The notes: generated by a model from the letters alone, not told the origin. A DNA stretch of 33,833 bases from Alistipes sp. (GCA_045133075.1 JBGUTM010000142.1:1-33833); one strand, 5' to 3'. Positions 1-9,392 are shown, counted from the first letter of the stretch. Numbers and translations: made by a program.

Positions 1-526
1 GGGTATAGGCCTTAGCCGAGAGCTCCAGACGAGTCTCAACTGTTGTGTTACCTGTAGCCTCAATCTCGGCGATGATACGATCGTAATCCGAGGGATCGCA
101 GACAACGGTCACATCCTTGAAGTTCTTCGCTGCACTGCGCAACATCGAGGGGCCACCGATATCGATATTCTCAACTGCATCCTCCATCGTAACCTCCGGC
201 TTGGCGATGGTCTGACGGAAGGGGTAGAGATTTACGCAGACCATATCGATAAACTCGATGCTGTTCTCGCGCAGAGCCTCCAGGTGTGACTCATCATCAC
301 GGCGGGCCAGCAGACCTCCGTGCACCTTGGGGTGAAGGGTCTTAACTCGACCGTCACAAATCTCGGGGAAGCCCGTAACATCGCTGATGTTGATAACCTC
401 CACACCGCTATCGCGGAGGAGCTTCATCGTACCGCCTGTGGCGATAATCTCCCAACCCAAACGGCGGAGGGATTGAGCGAAGGCTACTACGCCCTCTTTG
501 TCGCTTACGCTTACTAACGCTCTCAT
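1..526 (-). CDS. purH: Bifunctional AICAR transformylase/IMP cyclohydrolase, N-terminal part (runs off the window's left edge)
   Basis: Not in the ORF track; translated manually from ATG at 526: [16 protein letters not shown]...IATGGT...[28 protein letters not shown]...VNLYPF...[17 protein letters not shown], the IMP cyclohydrolase (MGS-like) signature; downstream of purM. Confidence 0.96.
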   Translation of the reverse strand, partial: MRALVSVSDKEGVVAFAQSLRRLGWEIIATGGTMKLLRDSGVEVINISDVTGFPEICDGRVKTLHPKVHGGLLARRDDESHLEALRENSIEFIDMVCVNLYPFRQTIAKPEVTMEDAVENIDIGGPSMLRSAAKNFKDVTVVCDPSDYDRIIAEIEATGNTTVETRLELSAKAYT

Positions 527-564
527 ATCCTTTATCTTATTATTTTTTCGATTTAACAATCTAT

Positions 565-1593
565 TTAGAGCAGGGTCACACCCTCACCCTCAACAACACG
601 GCCGATTACCGAAGCCTTCAAGCCATTCTTGGCGAGAATCTCCAGAGCCTTCTCGGCCTCCGACTCATCGAGAGCGATGACCATACCGACACCCATATTG
701 AAGATGTTGAACATCTCGCGGTGTGCAATCTTGCCATACTTCTCCAGGAAAGCAAAGACGGGAAGAATCTCCCACGAGCCCTCCTTAACCTCGACACCCT
801 GTCCCTCGCGCAGGATTCGCGGAATGTTTTCGTCAAAACCTCCACCGGTGATGTGGCTGATACCGTGAACATCGCAGTTACGAACAACATCCAGCACCTG
901 CTTAACATAAATCTGGGTCGGGGTAAGCAACACCTCGCCAAGCATCTTCTCGGTGTGGAGCTCGGGATAGACCTTCTTCAAATCAAGTTCGTTGTCCGAA
1001 ACGACCTTACGAACGAGCGAGAAACCGTTAGAGTGAACACCGCTCGAAGCGACACCTACCAACACATCGCCAACCTTAACCTTCGTACCGTCAATAAGTT
1101 TCTTGCGTTCAACAACACCACAGGTGAAGCCTGCGATATCGTACTCACCACCGCCATACATACCCGGCATCTCGGCAGTCTCGCCACCGATAAGTGCACA
1201 TCCCGACTGACGGCAACCCTCGGCAACACCTGCCACGATAGCCTCAATCTTTGCCGGCTCGTTGTGACCGACAGCCACGTAGTCCAGGAAGAACAACGGC
1301 TCGGCACCCTGTGCCAACACGTCATTCACACACATAGCCACGGCATCGATACCGATGGTATCGTGCTTGTCCATCTCGAACGCCAACTTAAGTTTGGTAC
1401 CAACGCCATCTGTACCGCTCACCAACACCGGCTCCTCGATATTAAGGGCTGCCAGGTTAAACATACCACCGAATGCGCCGATGTTACCCATAACACCTAT
1501 ACGCTCGGTCGATGCAACGTGTTTCTTGATGCGTTTAACGACCTCGTAACCTGCTTCAAGGTTTACGCCGGCCTTTTCATAACTTTCTGCCAT
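565..1593 (-). CDS. purM: Phosphoribosylformylglycinamidine cyclo-ligase (AIR synthetase)
   Basis: [63 protein letters not shown] and FNMGVG motifs. Confidence 0.97.
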   Translation of the reverse strand: MAESYEKAGVNLEAGYEVVKRIKKHVASTERIGVMGNIGAFGGMFNLAALNIEEPVLVSGTDGVGTKLKLAFEMDKHDTIGIDAVAMCVNDVLAQGAEPLFFLDYVAVGHNEPAKIEAIVAGVAEGCRQSGCALIGGETAEMPGMYGGGEYDIAGFTCGVVERKKLIDGTKVKVGDVLVGVASSGVHSNGFSLVRKVVSDNELDLKKVYPELHTEKMLGEVLLTPTQIYVKQVLDVVRNCDVHGISHITGGGFDENIPRILREGQGVEVKEGSWEILPVFAFLEKYGKIAHREMFNIFNMGVGMVIALDESEAEKALEILAKNGLKASVIGRVVEGEGVTLL

Positions 1594-1624
1594 ATCTTTT
1601 ATTTTTTGTTTGTTTTCGTTTCAG

Positions 1625-2989
1625 TTACTTGTTAGCCTCCTCAACCTTCTGATAGAGAGGGGTCGGATACTCACCATTGAAGCAGGCAAGACACATATCG
1701 CAACGTCCCACAGCCGACTTGAGCGTAGCATCATACGAGAGGAATGCCAATGAATCGGCTCCAATCTTCTTGCACGCCTCCTCAACTGTATGGTTGGCCA
1801 ACATCAGCTCGTCCAATGTCGAGGTGTCCACACCATAGAAGCAAGGATGAGTCATCGTGGGGCTCGCAATGCGAACGTGCACCTCGGTAGCACCTGCACT
1901 GCGCAGCAAATCGACAATGCGGCGCGAGGTGGTGCCTCGTACAATCGAATCATCGACCATAACAACCCTCTTACCATTTACAATGGAACGTACTGCCGAG
2001 AGCTTCATTTTAACACCCAACTCGCGCAGCTCTTGCGAGGGTTGGATAAAGGTGCGACCCACATACTTATTCTTGATAAGGCCCATCTCGCAGGGCAGAC
2101 CGCTTGCCTCGCTATAACCTTGCGCTGCCGAGAGGCTCGAATCGGGTACACCGATAACGATATCTGCATCCACGGGCGACTCCTGGTAAAGACGGCGACC
2201 CGACTCCTTACGGTAGGCGTGTACGTTACAACCCTCGATATCGCTATCGGGACGTGCGAAGTAGATATACTCCATAGCACACATCTTGTGATAGGTCTTC
2301 TCGGTATAGAATGACGAACGCAGACCCTTATGGTCGATGGTCACAATCTCTCCTGGCTCGACATCGCGCAAGAACTCGGCACCCATAGTGTCGAATGCAC
2401 AGCTCTCGCTCGCCACGACATAGCCCTCACCCAATCGACCCAACGAAAGGGGGTGCAGGCCATACTTATCACGGCAGGCATAGATGCGATTCTTGGTCAT
2501 AATCAGGAATGCAAAGGCTCCCTCAAGCAGATTCAACGCCGAGATTATCGAATTGATACGCGGCTCCTCCGGACTCTCCTTCTTGATAAGGTGTGCCAGC
2601 AACTCGCTATCGGTCATCGAGTGGAAGAGCGAACCTCTGCTCTCAAGTTCTTCACGCAGCTGTTTGGCATTGACGATATTTCCATTATTGGCAACTGCAA
2701 AATCGCCGGAGCCGTGGTGGAAGAAGAGCGGCTGGATATTGTCGATACTACGGCTTGCTGCTCCCGTATAGAGAACGTGGCCCATAGCCATATTTCCGTT
2801 CAGCTCCGACATCTTCGTCTCGTTGAAGACCTCCGACACGAGACCCTTGCCGCGATGGCGGCGCATCTTGCCCTCTGCATCGACACTCACAATACCGCAA
2901 CCCTCCTGACCGCGGTGCTGCATCGTGTGCAGACCATAATATATCAGCGATGCCGCACGGCTTACTCCATATACTCCTAAAACACTCAT
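1625..2989 (-). CDS. purF: Amidophosphoribosyltransferase homolog, atypical: no N-terminal Cys (see findings)
   Basis: QHRGQEG, EYIYFARPDS, GLIKNKYVGRTFIQP, PRPP loop VDDSIVRGTTS, and Fe-S Cys ligands (KMCAME, PCFYG, CLACF); pur operon context. Confidence 0.95.
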   Translation of the reverse strand: MSVLGVYGVSRAASLIYYGLHTMQHRGQEGCGIVSVDAEGKMRRHRGKGLVSEVFNETKMSELNGNMAMGHVLYTGAASRSIDNIQPLFFHHGSGDFAVANNGNIVNAKQLREELESRGSLFHSMTDSELLAHLIKKESPEEPRINSIISALNLLEGAFAFLIMTKNRIYACRDKYGLHPLSLGRLGEGYVVASESCAFDTMGAEFLRDVEPGEIVTIDHKGLRSSFYTEKTYHKMCAMEYIYFARPDSDIEGCNVHAYRKESGRRLYQESPVDADIVIGVPDSSLSAAQGYSEASGLPCEMGLIKNKYVGRTFIQPSQELRELGVKMKLSAVRSIVNGKRVVMVDDSIVRGTTSRRIVDLLRSAGATEVHVRIASPTMTHPCFYGVDTSTLDELMLANHTVEEACKKIGADSLAFLSYDATLKSAVGRCDMCLACFNGEYPTPLYQKVEEANK

Positions 2990-3022
2990 AATAGTATAAA
3001 TTTCTAACTAACCTAACCCTGT

Positions 3023-6000
3023 TTACTCACCTCTAAAATAACGTACTGCATTTGCAAAGAGGTTTTGCACCTTCTCGCCGGCGATATTCTTCATAAGATT
3101 CTCCTCATATCGCTCCGTGTGACCCATCTTACCGAGGATGCGACCGGTCGGGTCGGTGATACCCTCGATAGCATAGAACGAGCCGTTGGGGTTATGGGGA
3201 GCCTCAGCTGTGGGCTGACCCTCCGTATCGCAATAGCGGAATGCCACCTGTCCGTTACGGAAGAGTTGCTCGGCAAGCTCGGCACTAACCATAAACTTAC
3301 CCTCACCGTGGCTCACTGCAATAGAGTGCAGGTCACCTGCCTCGAAGCCCTTGAGCCAGGGCGAAGTGACAGCCTCAACACGGGTGGTCACAATCTGTGA
3401 GATATGACGATTCACATCGTTGCGGAATAGCGTGGGTGACTCCTCGGTGACCATTCCCAGACGACCATAGGGCAACAGACCCGACTTAACCAATGCCTGG
3501 AAGCCGTTGCAGATACCCAATACCAGACCTCCTCTGTCGAGAAGGGCGTGGATAGCCTCGGTGATAACCTTATTACCCAGCACCGAGCAGATAAACTTAC
3601 CGCTACCATCCGGCTCATCACCGGCCGAGAAGCCTCCACTCAATACGAAGATGTGACACGAGTCGATATAGCGTTTCATCTCGGCAATAGAGTCCGAGAT
3701 ATCATTTGACGTAAGGTTACGGAATACGCTGGTGGTAATCTCGGCACCCGCCTTGCGGAAGGCACGTGCAGTATCGTAGTCGCAGTTCGTACCGGGGAAT
3801 ACGGGCAGATATGCCACCGGATGCTCAACGGGAGCTCCCTCCCACTTGGCCATACGCACCGCCTCGTTAGCATACTCTGCCATCGGGGCTTTATTGTTAC
3901 CCTTGTCGGGGTATACCGAGGTAAAACGCTCGGTATTAGCCTTGCGCAACATCTCGAGCGGCATCTTCTCGCCATTGATAGTGAGGGCCTGCTCCTGGCA
4001 GGTACGGCCCAACAACTCGACATTCGCAAAGTCGAGCGGCTCGACACTCTCAACCACAATCGAACCGTAAGCGTAGTCGAAGAGCATCGACTCCGACATC
4101 TGACACTCGGCACCGATGCGGTTACCGAACGACATCTTGGCCAATGCCTCGGCAACACCGCCAAAGCCCACTGCATAACCCGAAACAATCTTGCCATCGG
4201 CGATAGCCTTGGTAACAAAGCCGTAGTTCTCCTTCAGCTGCTCGGTATCGGGCATCAAGCTCTCGAGCGGGTTGTGCTTTACTATATATATATAATTACC
4301 TGTCTGCTTAAATTCGGGGCTAATGACCTTGTTGGCATCCACGGTGGTAATACCGAAGGCCATAAGCATCGGCGGCACATTCAGATCACCAAAAGTTCCA
4401 CTCATCGAGTCCTTACCTCCAATCGAGGCGAGTTTGAGCTCCTCCTGCATCTTCAGCGCACCGAGCAGAGCAGCCAGAGGCTTACCCCACGTTGTGCGGT
4501 CAGCAGTCATTCGCTCAAAATACTCCTGATAAGAGAAGCGCATATTGTCGAATGCGGCACCCGCAGCCACAACCTTGGTCACAGCCTCGATAACCGAGTA
4601 GGCTGCACCGTGGTAGGGGCTCCACTCCGCAATGAAGGGGTTGTAGCCGAATGCCATAATGCTGGCTGCATCGGTGTAACCCTTGCCTACGGGAATCTTC
4701 TGCACCGAAACCTGAGTCTCGGTATCCTGTGTACGGCCGCCGAAGGGCATCAACACAGTCGATGCGCCGATGGTTGAGTCGAACATCTCGACAAGACCGC
4801 GCTGCGACACCACATTTCTATCCGAGAGGTTTTTCACCATTCGGTCGGTAAGGGTTGCACCCTCCAACTTACGCTCGAAGGGGTTGCAATCCTCCACTGC
4901 CGCGATAGTAGCCTTCGCATAGTGGGGTGCACCGGCACTATCGATAAAGCTACGAGCCATATCGACAACCTTCTGATCCTTGTTGAACATACGCATACGC
5001 GCCGTGTCGGTAACATTGGCTACGTGTGTAACCTCGACATTCTCCTCGGCACAGTATGCCTTGAACTCCTCGACATCCTTCGGTTCGATAACCACCGACA
5101 TACGCTCCTGCGACTCACTGATGGCGAGCTCGGTCGAGTTAAGACCGCTATACTTCGTAGGAACTCTATCGAGGAAGATATCCAGACCATCAGCCAACTC
5201 ACCGATAGCCACACTCACACCACCGGCACCAAAGTCGTTCGACTTCTTAATCAGGCGCGTCACCTCGGGACGGCGGAACAAGCGCGAGAGTTTGCGCTCC
5301 TCGGGAGCATTACCCTTCTGCACCTCGCTGCCACACTCCTCCAGTGAGGTTGCCGTGTGCTCCTTTGATGAGCCGGTAGCTCCACCAATACCGTCACGAC
5401 CCGTGCGGCCACCCAGCAGCAGAACCACATCTCCCGCCGCGGGACGCTCACGGCGAACATTCTCGGCCTTAACGGCTCCAACTACAGCTCCTACCTCCAG
5501 ACGCTTGGCGGTATAGCCATCGTGGAAAATCTCGCGAACGTGAGTAGTCGCAAGACCTATCTGGTTGCCATAGCTCGAGTAACCTGCCGCAGCCTTCGTG
5601 CTGATTACACGCTGGGGCAGCTTACCCTCGAGAGTCTCGTTCACCGGCTTGTAGATATCGCCCGCACCTGTCACGCGCATAGCCTGATATACGTAGCTAC
5701 GGCCCGACAGCGGGTCACGGATTGCACCGCCCAGACAGGTCGAAGCACCACCAAATGGCTCGATTTCGGTCGGGTGGTTATGTGTCTCGTTCTTGAACTG
5801 GAGGAGCCACTTCTCGGGCTGGCCATCGACATCAATGGTGATGAACACGCTACAAGCGTTGTTCTCCTCGCTCACCTCCAGGTCATCGAGGAAGCCATTC
5901 TTACGCAGGTAACGTGCACCGATAGTTGCCAGATCCATCAGGCATACGCTCTTGTGCTCACGATTAAGGTCGCGGCGCATCTTCAGGTACAATGCCAGCG

Positions 6001-6736
6001 AAGAGTCTATCTCATCCTTAACGAACGACTCCTCAACCTCAATATCGTCCAGAACCGTGGTGAAGGTTGTGTGACGGCAGTGGTCACTCCAGTAGGTATC
6101 CAGAATGCGCAACTCGGTCTCGAAGGGGTCGCGGCCCTCCTCGCGGAAGTAGCGAATAACCTCACGCAGATCATCGCCATTCATCGCGAGGCCCATCTGG
6201 CGGCAATACTCCTCGGCCTTGCTCTCATCCATCGAGGTAAAGCCCTCGAGTACCGGCACCGCCTTCACAGGAGGATTCTCCATAAGACCCAGCTGGCCGA
6301 GATTCTTCTCGCGCGAATCGACCTTATTGATTACATAGTGGCTGATGCGCTCCAGGTCGGCCTCCGACACTGTCTGATCAAAAATCAGCAGACGCGCACT
6401 GCGGATGCGGATATCGGCCGTAGGCTCGATAAGGCGCACACACTCCTCGGCCGAAGCTGCACGCTGGTCGAACTGACCGGGCAGATACTCCACGGCGAGG
6501 TAACGCTTACCCTCCAGATCACACTCATCGCTCACGGTGTCGGTAACAATCTCTCCGAAGACACGATAGCGGCTCTGCTCGAGCAGTTCGGGCGAGAATC
6601 CGAACAAATCATAGACATTCAACAGGCGCAACTCGCCCATCTTAAGACCCAGATGCTCGTTCAACTCGTGGCGCATACTCTCCGCCTCGACACGATACAA
6701 CGGGCGTTTTTCGACAAAAATACGGTAGTTGTTCAT
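3023..6736 (-). CDS. purL: Phosphoribosylformylglycinamidine synthase, single-chain type with C-terminal glutaminase domain
   Basis: WSDHCRH, KNETHNHPTEIEPFGGA, DFGAGG, SESQERM, GGKDSMSGTF; the glutaminase has FPGTNC, GICNGFQ (catalytic Cys), SHGEG and MGHTER (His-x-Glu). Confidence 0.97.
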   Translation of the reverse strand: MNNYRIFVEKRPLYRVEAESMRHELNEHLGLKMGELRLLNVYDLFGFSPELLEQSRYRVFGEIVTDTVSDECDLEGKRYLAVEYLPGQFDQRAASAEECVRLIEPTADIRIRSARLLIFDQTVSEADLERISHYVINKVDSREKNLGQLGLMENPPVKAVPVLEGFTSMDESKAEEYCRQMGLAMNGDDLREVIRYFREEGRDPFETELRILDTYWSDHCRHTTFTTVLDDIEVEESFVKDEIDSSLALYLKMRRDLNREHKSVCLMDLATIGARYLRKNGFLDDLEVSEENNACSVFITIDVDGQPEKWLLQFKNETHNHPTEIEPFGGASTCLGGAIRDPLSGRSYVYQAMRVTGAGDIYKPVNETLEGKLPQRVISTKAAAGYSSYGNQIGLATTHVREIFHDGYTAKRLEVGAVVGAVKAENVRRERPAAGDVVLLLGGRTGRDGIGGATGSSKEHTATSLEECGSEVQKGNAPEERKLSRLFRRPEVTRLIKKSNDFGAGGVSVAIGELADGLDIFLDRVPTKYSGLNSTELAISESQERMSVVIEPKDVEEFKAYCAEENVEVTHVANVTDTARMRMFNKDQKVVDMARSFIDSAGAPHYAKATIAAVEDCNPFERKLEGATLTDRMVKNLSDRNVVSQRGLVEMFDSTIGASTVLMPFGGRTQDTETQVSVQKIPVGKGYTDAASIMAFGYNPFIAEWSPYHGAAYSVIEAVTKVVAAGAAFDNMRFSYQEYFERMTADRTTWGKPLAALLGALKMQEELKLASIGGKDSMSGTFGDLNVPPMLMAFGITTVDANKVISPEFKQTGNYIYIVKHNPLESLMPDTEQLKENYGFVTKAIADGKIVSGYAVGFGGVAEALAKMSFGNRIGAECQMSESMLFDYAYGSIVVESVEPLDFANVELLGRTCQEQALTINGEKMPLEMLRKANTERFTSVYPDKGNNKAPMAEYANEAVRMAKWEGAPVEHPVAYLPVFPGTNCDYDTARAFRKAGAEITTSVFRNLTSNDISDSIAEMKRYIDSCHIFVLSGGFSAGDEPDGSGKFICSVLGNKVITEAIHALLDRGGLVLGICNGFQALVKSGLLPYGRLGMVTEESPTLFRNDVNRHISQIVTTRVEAVTSPWLKGFEAGDLHSIAVSHGEGKFMVSAELAEQLFRNGQVAFRYCDTEGQPTAEAPHNPNGSFYAIEGITDPTGRILGKMGHTERYEENLMKNIAGEKVQNLFANAVRYFRGE

Positions 6737-6778
6737 ATTTCGATTTTTTCTTCTATTTCTGCATTATCTCTCCCGAGA

Positions 6779-7252
6779 CTAAATCTCGACCTTCAAAACG
6801 GCCTCGGTCTGCTTTGCGCGGAACTCCTCGAGCTGTGCTGCGAGTGCCTCATCGTGCAGAGCCAACATTGCCACTGCATAGAGGGCTGCATTCTTCGAGC
6901 CGTCAATGGCCATTGTAGCCACCGGAATACCTCCGGGCATCTGCACAATCGAGAGGAGTGAATCCAATCCGCCCAGAGCCTTCGAACGCACCGGCACACC
7001 GATAACGGGCAGGGTTGTCATTGCAGCAATCACACCCGGAAGGTGTGCTGCACCGCCTGCGCCCGCGATGATAACGCTCAAGCCACGCTCACGTGCTCCC
7101 TTTGTCCACTCGGCAAGTGCATCGGGTGCACGGTGTGCACTGATTACACGCTTTTCATACTCGATACCGAACTGTTCGAGTGTCTTCATAGCTCCCGACA
7201 TCACCTCGAGGTCGCTCGCCGAACCCATAATAATACCAACTTTGAAAGTCAT
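6779..7252 (-). CDS. purE: N5-carboxyaminoimidazole ribonucleotide mutase
   Basis: [41 protein letters not shown] motifs. Confidence 0.97.
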   Translation of the reverse strand: MTFKVGIIMGSASDLEVMSGAMKTLEQFGIEYEKRVISAHRAPDALAEWTKGARERGLSVIIAGAGGAAHLPGVIAAMTTLPVIGVPVRSKALGGLDSLLSIVQMPGGIPVATMAIDGSKNAALYAVAMLALHDEALAAQLEEFRAKQTEAVLKVEI

Positions 7253-7309
7253 AAATCTCTGTTTTTAATTATCTTGTTTGCTTCTTAGTTTGCCACATAT
7301 TAAACCGAG

Positions 7310-7340
7310 AGCCGCCACGACACAGTATGTCGCAGCGGCT
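7310..7340 (-). promoter_or_regulatory. Strong hairpin in the pur operon leader (candidate attenuator or terminator)
   Basis: Minus-strand RNA AGCCGCUGCGACA-UACUG-UGUCGUGGCGGCU, a 13 bp stem with 2 G-U pairs, 57 nt upstream of the purE ATG; followed by only a weak U tract (CUCGGUUUAAUAU). Confidence 0.55.
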
Positions 7341-7346
7341 TCGCAT

Positions 7347-7472
7347 TCACGTTAAACTCTGACACTGACACTGTTGGCGCATTTTTCGGCGCATACCCGA
7401 TGTACCCGACAAAACAGACTGCATTTGTGACGGCAGATGGCCAACCTTTGCTATGTGATTCGTAAAGTACAT
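7347..7472 (-). CDS. Putative leader peptide (uORF), 41 aa, Gln-rich C-terminus; alternative start at 7382 gives 11 aa MRQQCQCQSLT
   Basis: Manual translation: MYFTNHIAKVGHLPSQMQSVLSGTSGMRRKMRQQCQCQSLT*. It lies in the pur 5' leader and its stop is 6 nt before the hairpin. It is below the ORF-track length cutoff and translation is unproven. Confidence 0.4.
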   Translation of the reverse strand: MYFTNHIAKVGHLPSQMQSVLSGTSGMRRKMRQQCQCQSLT

Positions 7473-7526
7473 CTTCGCATCAAGTTTGAGTTACACTCCG
7501 AGTCCACGCCTCGGAAAAAATCGATA

Positions 7527-7534
7527 CAAAAATA
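7527..7534 (-). promoter_or_regulatory. Bacteroidota sigma-A -7 element for the pur operon
   Basis: Minus strand TATTTTTG matches TAnnTTTG; no TTTG -33 box at canonical spacing. Confidence 0.55.
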
Positions 7535-7715
7535 CGCTCTTTTTTTTACAAAAAAAAGCTGACAACAACATTTTATTCCAAATTTATCAACAAAAATCAA
7601 CGATAGAGAGTTTTACCCCGACCCCGACACATATCAACACCCCCATCCCCAATCAAAAAAAATCTGCTACCGACCCCAAAGCCCGATTTTATGAGATAAA
7701 ATTACCCTAAAAAGT

Positions 7716-7746
7716 TTTGAAAAACACAATAAAAAGGTTAAATTTG
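7716..7746 (+). promoter_or_regulatory. Bacteroidota sigma-A promoter (-33/-7) for glpD
   Basis: TTTG (7716-7719), 19 nt spacer, TAAATTTG (7739-7746). Confidence 0.7.
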
Positions 7747-7823
7747 CAAGGAATTTTGACGACTTGAGAGCTCGTCACACTTTGCACAGTCAGATTACAA
7801 CAAACTATATATTTCAAAATCTT

Positions 7824-9392
7824 ATGAAACGAGACCTTTTAATCGAACAAATCGCCGATGCGGACAAAGTTTGGGACGTTGTCATTGTCGGTGGCGGTGC
7901 AACCGGTCTGGGTTGTGCTGTGGATGCCGCAATGCGCGGTTTTAGTGTTGCGCTCTTCGAGCAGAATGACTTTGCAAAGTGCACCTCAAGCCGTAGCACC
8001 AAGCTCGTACACGGCGGTGTGCGCTACCTCCAGAAGGGTGACGTTGCCCTGGTACGCGAGGCTCTGCACGAGCGTGGACGTCTGCGCCGCAATGCCCCCC
8101 ACCTTGTAAAGAATCAGTCATTCCTCATCTCAAACTACTCGTGGTTCGACAACTTCCTCTACACCTGTGGTTTGACCGTATACGATATGCTGTCGTGGGG
8201 AGGTCTCGGCCTGGGTCGCTCATACTTCATCCCCAAGGGTCGCGTTAAGAAGTATCTGCCCAAGATTAACCACGAGGGCCTGAAGGGTGGTGTCATCTAC
8301 CGCGATGGTCAGTTTGACGATGCACGTCTGGCCGTAAACCTCGCGCAGACAACCGTTGATCACGGCGGCTGCCCCATCAACCAGATGACCGTGAAGTCGA
8401 TGTTGCACGACCAGCAGGGCAAGGCTGCCGGCGTAGTTGTTGTCGATAACGAAAGCGGCAAGGAGTACTCGGTGAAGGCAAAGGCTGTCATCAATGCAGC
8501 AGGTTGCTTCGTAGACGACATTATGAAGATGGACTCGGACAGCCACACCAAGATGGTCGTTCCCAGCCAGGGTGTTCACATCGTGCTGGATATGAAGTTC
8601 TTGCAGAGCGACTACGCAATTATGGTTCCCAAGACCTCGGACGGCCGCGTACTCTTCGCAGTGCCCTGGCACGGCCGCGTGGTTGTAGGTACCACCGACA
8701 TCGTTCGTGAGACTGCCGAGATGGAGCCGCGTCCCCTCGAGGAGGAGATCGACTTTATCCTCAACACCGCAGCTCTCTATATGAATCCCGCACCGACCCG
8801 CAAGGATATCCTCTCGGTATTCGCCGGTCAGCGTCCTTTGGCAGCACCCAAGAAGGAGGGTAAGAGCACCAAGGAGATTTCGCGTAGCCACAAGGTATTG
8901 GTTTCGGACAACAATCTGATCACCATCACCGGCGGTAAGTGGACTACCCACCGCCGTATGGCTGAGGATACCGTGGATAAGGCTATCTCACTCGGCCTGC
9001 TGCCCAAGCGCAAGTGCCAGACCTACAACTACAAGGTTCACGGATGGCGTCCGAACCCCAATCTCGATGACCATATGTACGTTTATGGTAGCGACCAGGA
9101 GGCAATCTTCGAGCTTATCAAGGAGAACCCCGCATTTGGCGAAAAGCTGTCAGAGAAGTTCGACTACACCGTAGCCGAGGTTGTGTGGGCTGTACGCGAG
9201 GAGATGGCTCGCAACGTGGATGACGTTCTGGCTCGCCGCGTTCGTATGCTCTATGTAGACGCACGTGAGGCTTCGGCCGTAGCTCCCAAGGTTGCTGCTG
9301 TTATGGCTGCCGAGTTGGGCAAAGACCAGCAGTGGATTGACGAGCAGGTGGCTGCATTCCAGGAGATTGCATCGCACTACTACCTCGACTAA
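7824..9392 (+). CDS. glpD: FAD-dependent glycerol-3-phosphate dehydrogenase/oxidase (GlpD/GlpA family)
   Basis: VGGGATG, TSSRSTKLVHGGVRYL, DGQFDDARL, GTTD, ITGGKWTT motifs. Start moved to ATG 7824 (MKRDLLIEQ) after an A/T-rich leader, rather than TTG 7764. Confidence 0.9.
   Translation: MKRDLLIEQIADADKVWDVVIVGGGATGLGCAVDAAMRGFSVALFEQNDFAKCTSSRSTKLVHGGVRYLQKGDVALVREALHERGRLRRNAPHLVKNQSFLISNYSWFDNFLYTCGLTVYDMLSWGGLGLGRSYFIPKGRVKKYLPKINHEGLKGGVIYRDGQFDDARLAVNLAQTTVDHGGCPINQMTVKSMLHDQQGKAAGVVVVDNESGKEYSVKAKAVINAAGCFVDDIMKMDSDSHTKMVVPSQGVHIVLDMKFLQSDYAIMVPKTSDGRVLFAVPWHGRVVVGTTDIVRETAEMEPRPLEEEIDFILNTAALYMNPAPTRKDILSVFAGQRPLAAPKKEGKSTKEISRSHKVLVSDNNLITITGGKWTTHRRMAEDTVDKAISLGLLPKRKCQTYNYKVHGWRPNPNLDDHMYVYGSDQEAIFELIKENPAFGEKLSEKFDYTVAEVVWAVREEMARNVDDVLARRVRMLYVDAREASAVAPKVAAVMAAELGKDQQWIDEQVAAFQEIASHYYLD

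Noticed and set aside
1625-2989. purF as a pseudogene
   Set aside because: No frameshift or internal stop, and PRTase and Fe-S motifs are fully conserved; the losses I noticed are confined to glutaminase residues.
4283-4294. (TA)6 microsatellite in purL
   Set aside because: It encodes Tyr-Ile-Tyr-Ile in frame within a core enzyme; short, with no evidence of phase variation.
721-6961. Long plus-strand ORFs antisense to the pur genes (for example 721-1635, 3821-4777, 5522-6961)
   Set aside because: They mirror well-supported minus-strand genes, have no recognisable motifs, and are expected from codon bias leaving antisense frames open.
7253-7520. Known purine-related riboswitch (guanine, PRPP/ykkC, ZTP) in the pur leader
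   Set aside because: I could not find their hallmark conserved segments by eye; an Rfam scan is needed to exclude them formally.
7486-7710. 74 aa ORF in the purE-glpD intergenic region
   Set aside because: TTG start, low-complexity A-rich sequence overlapping the promoter region; no protein-like features.
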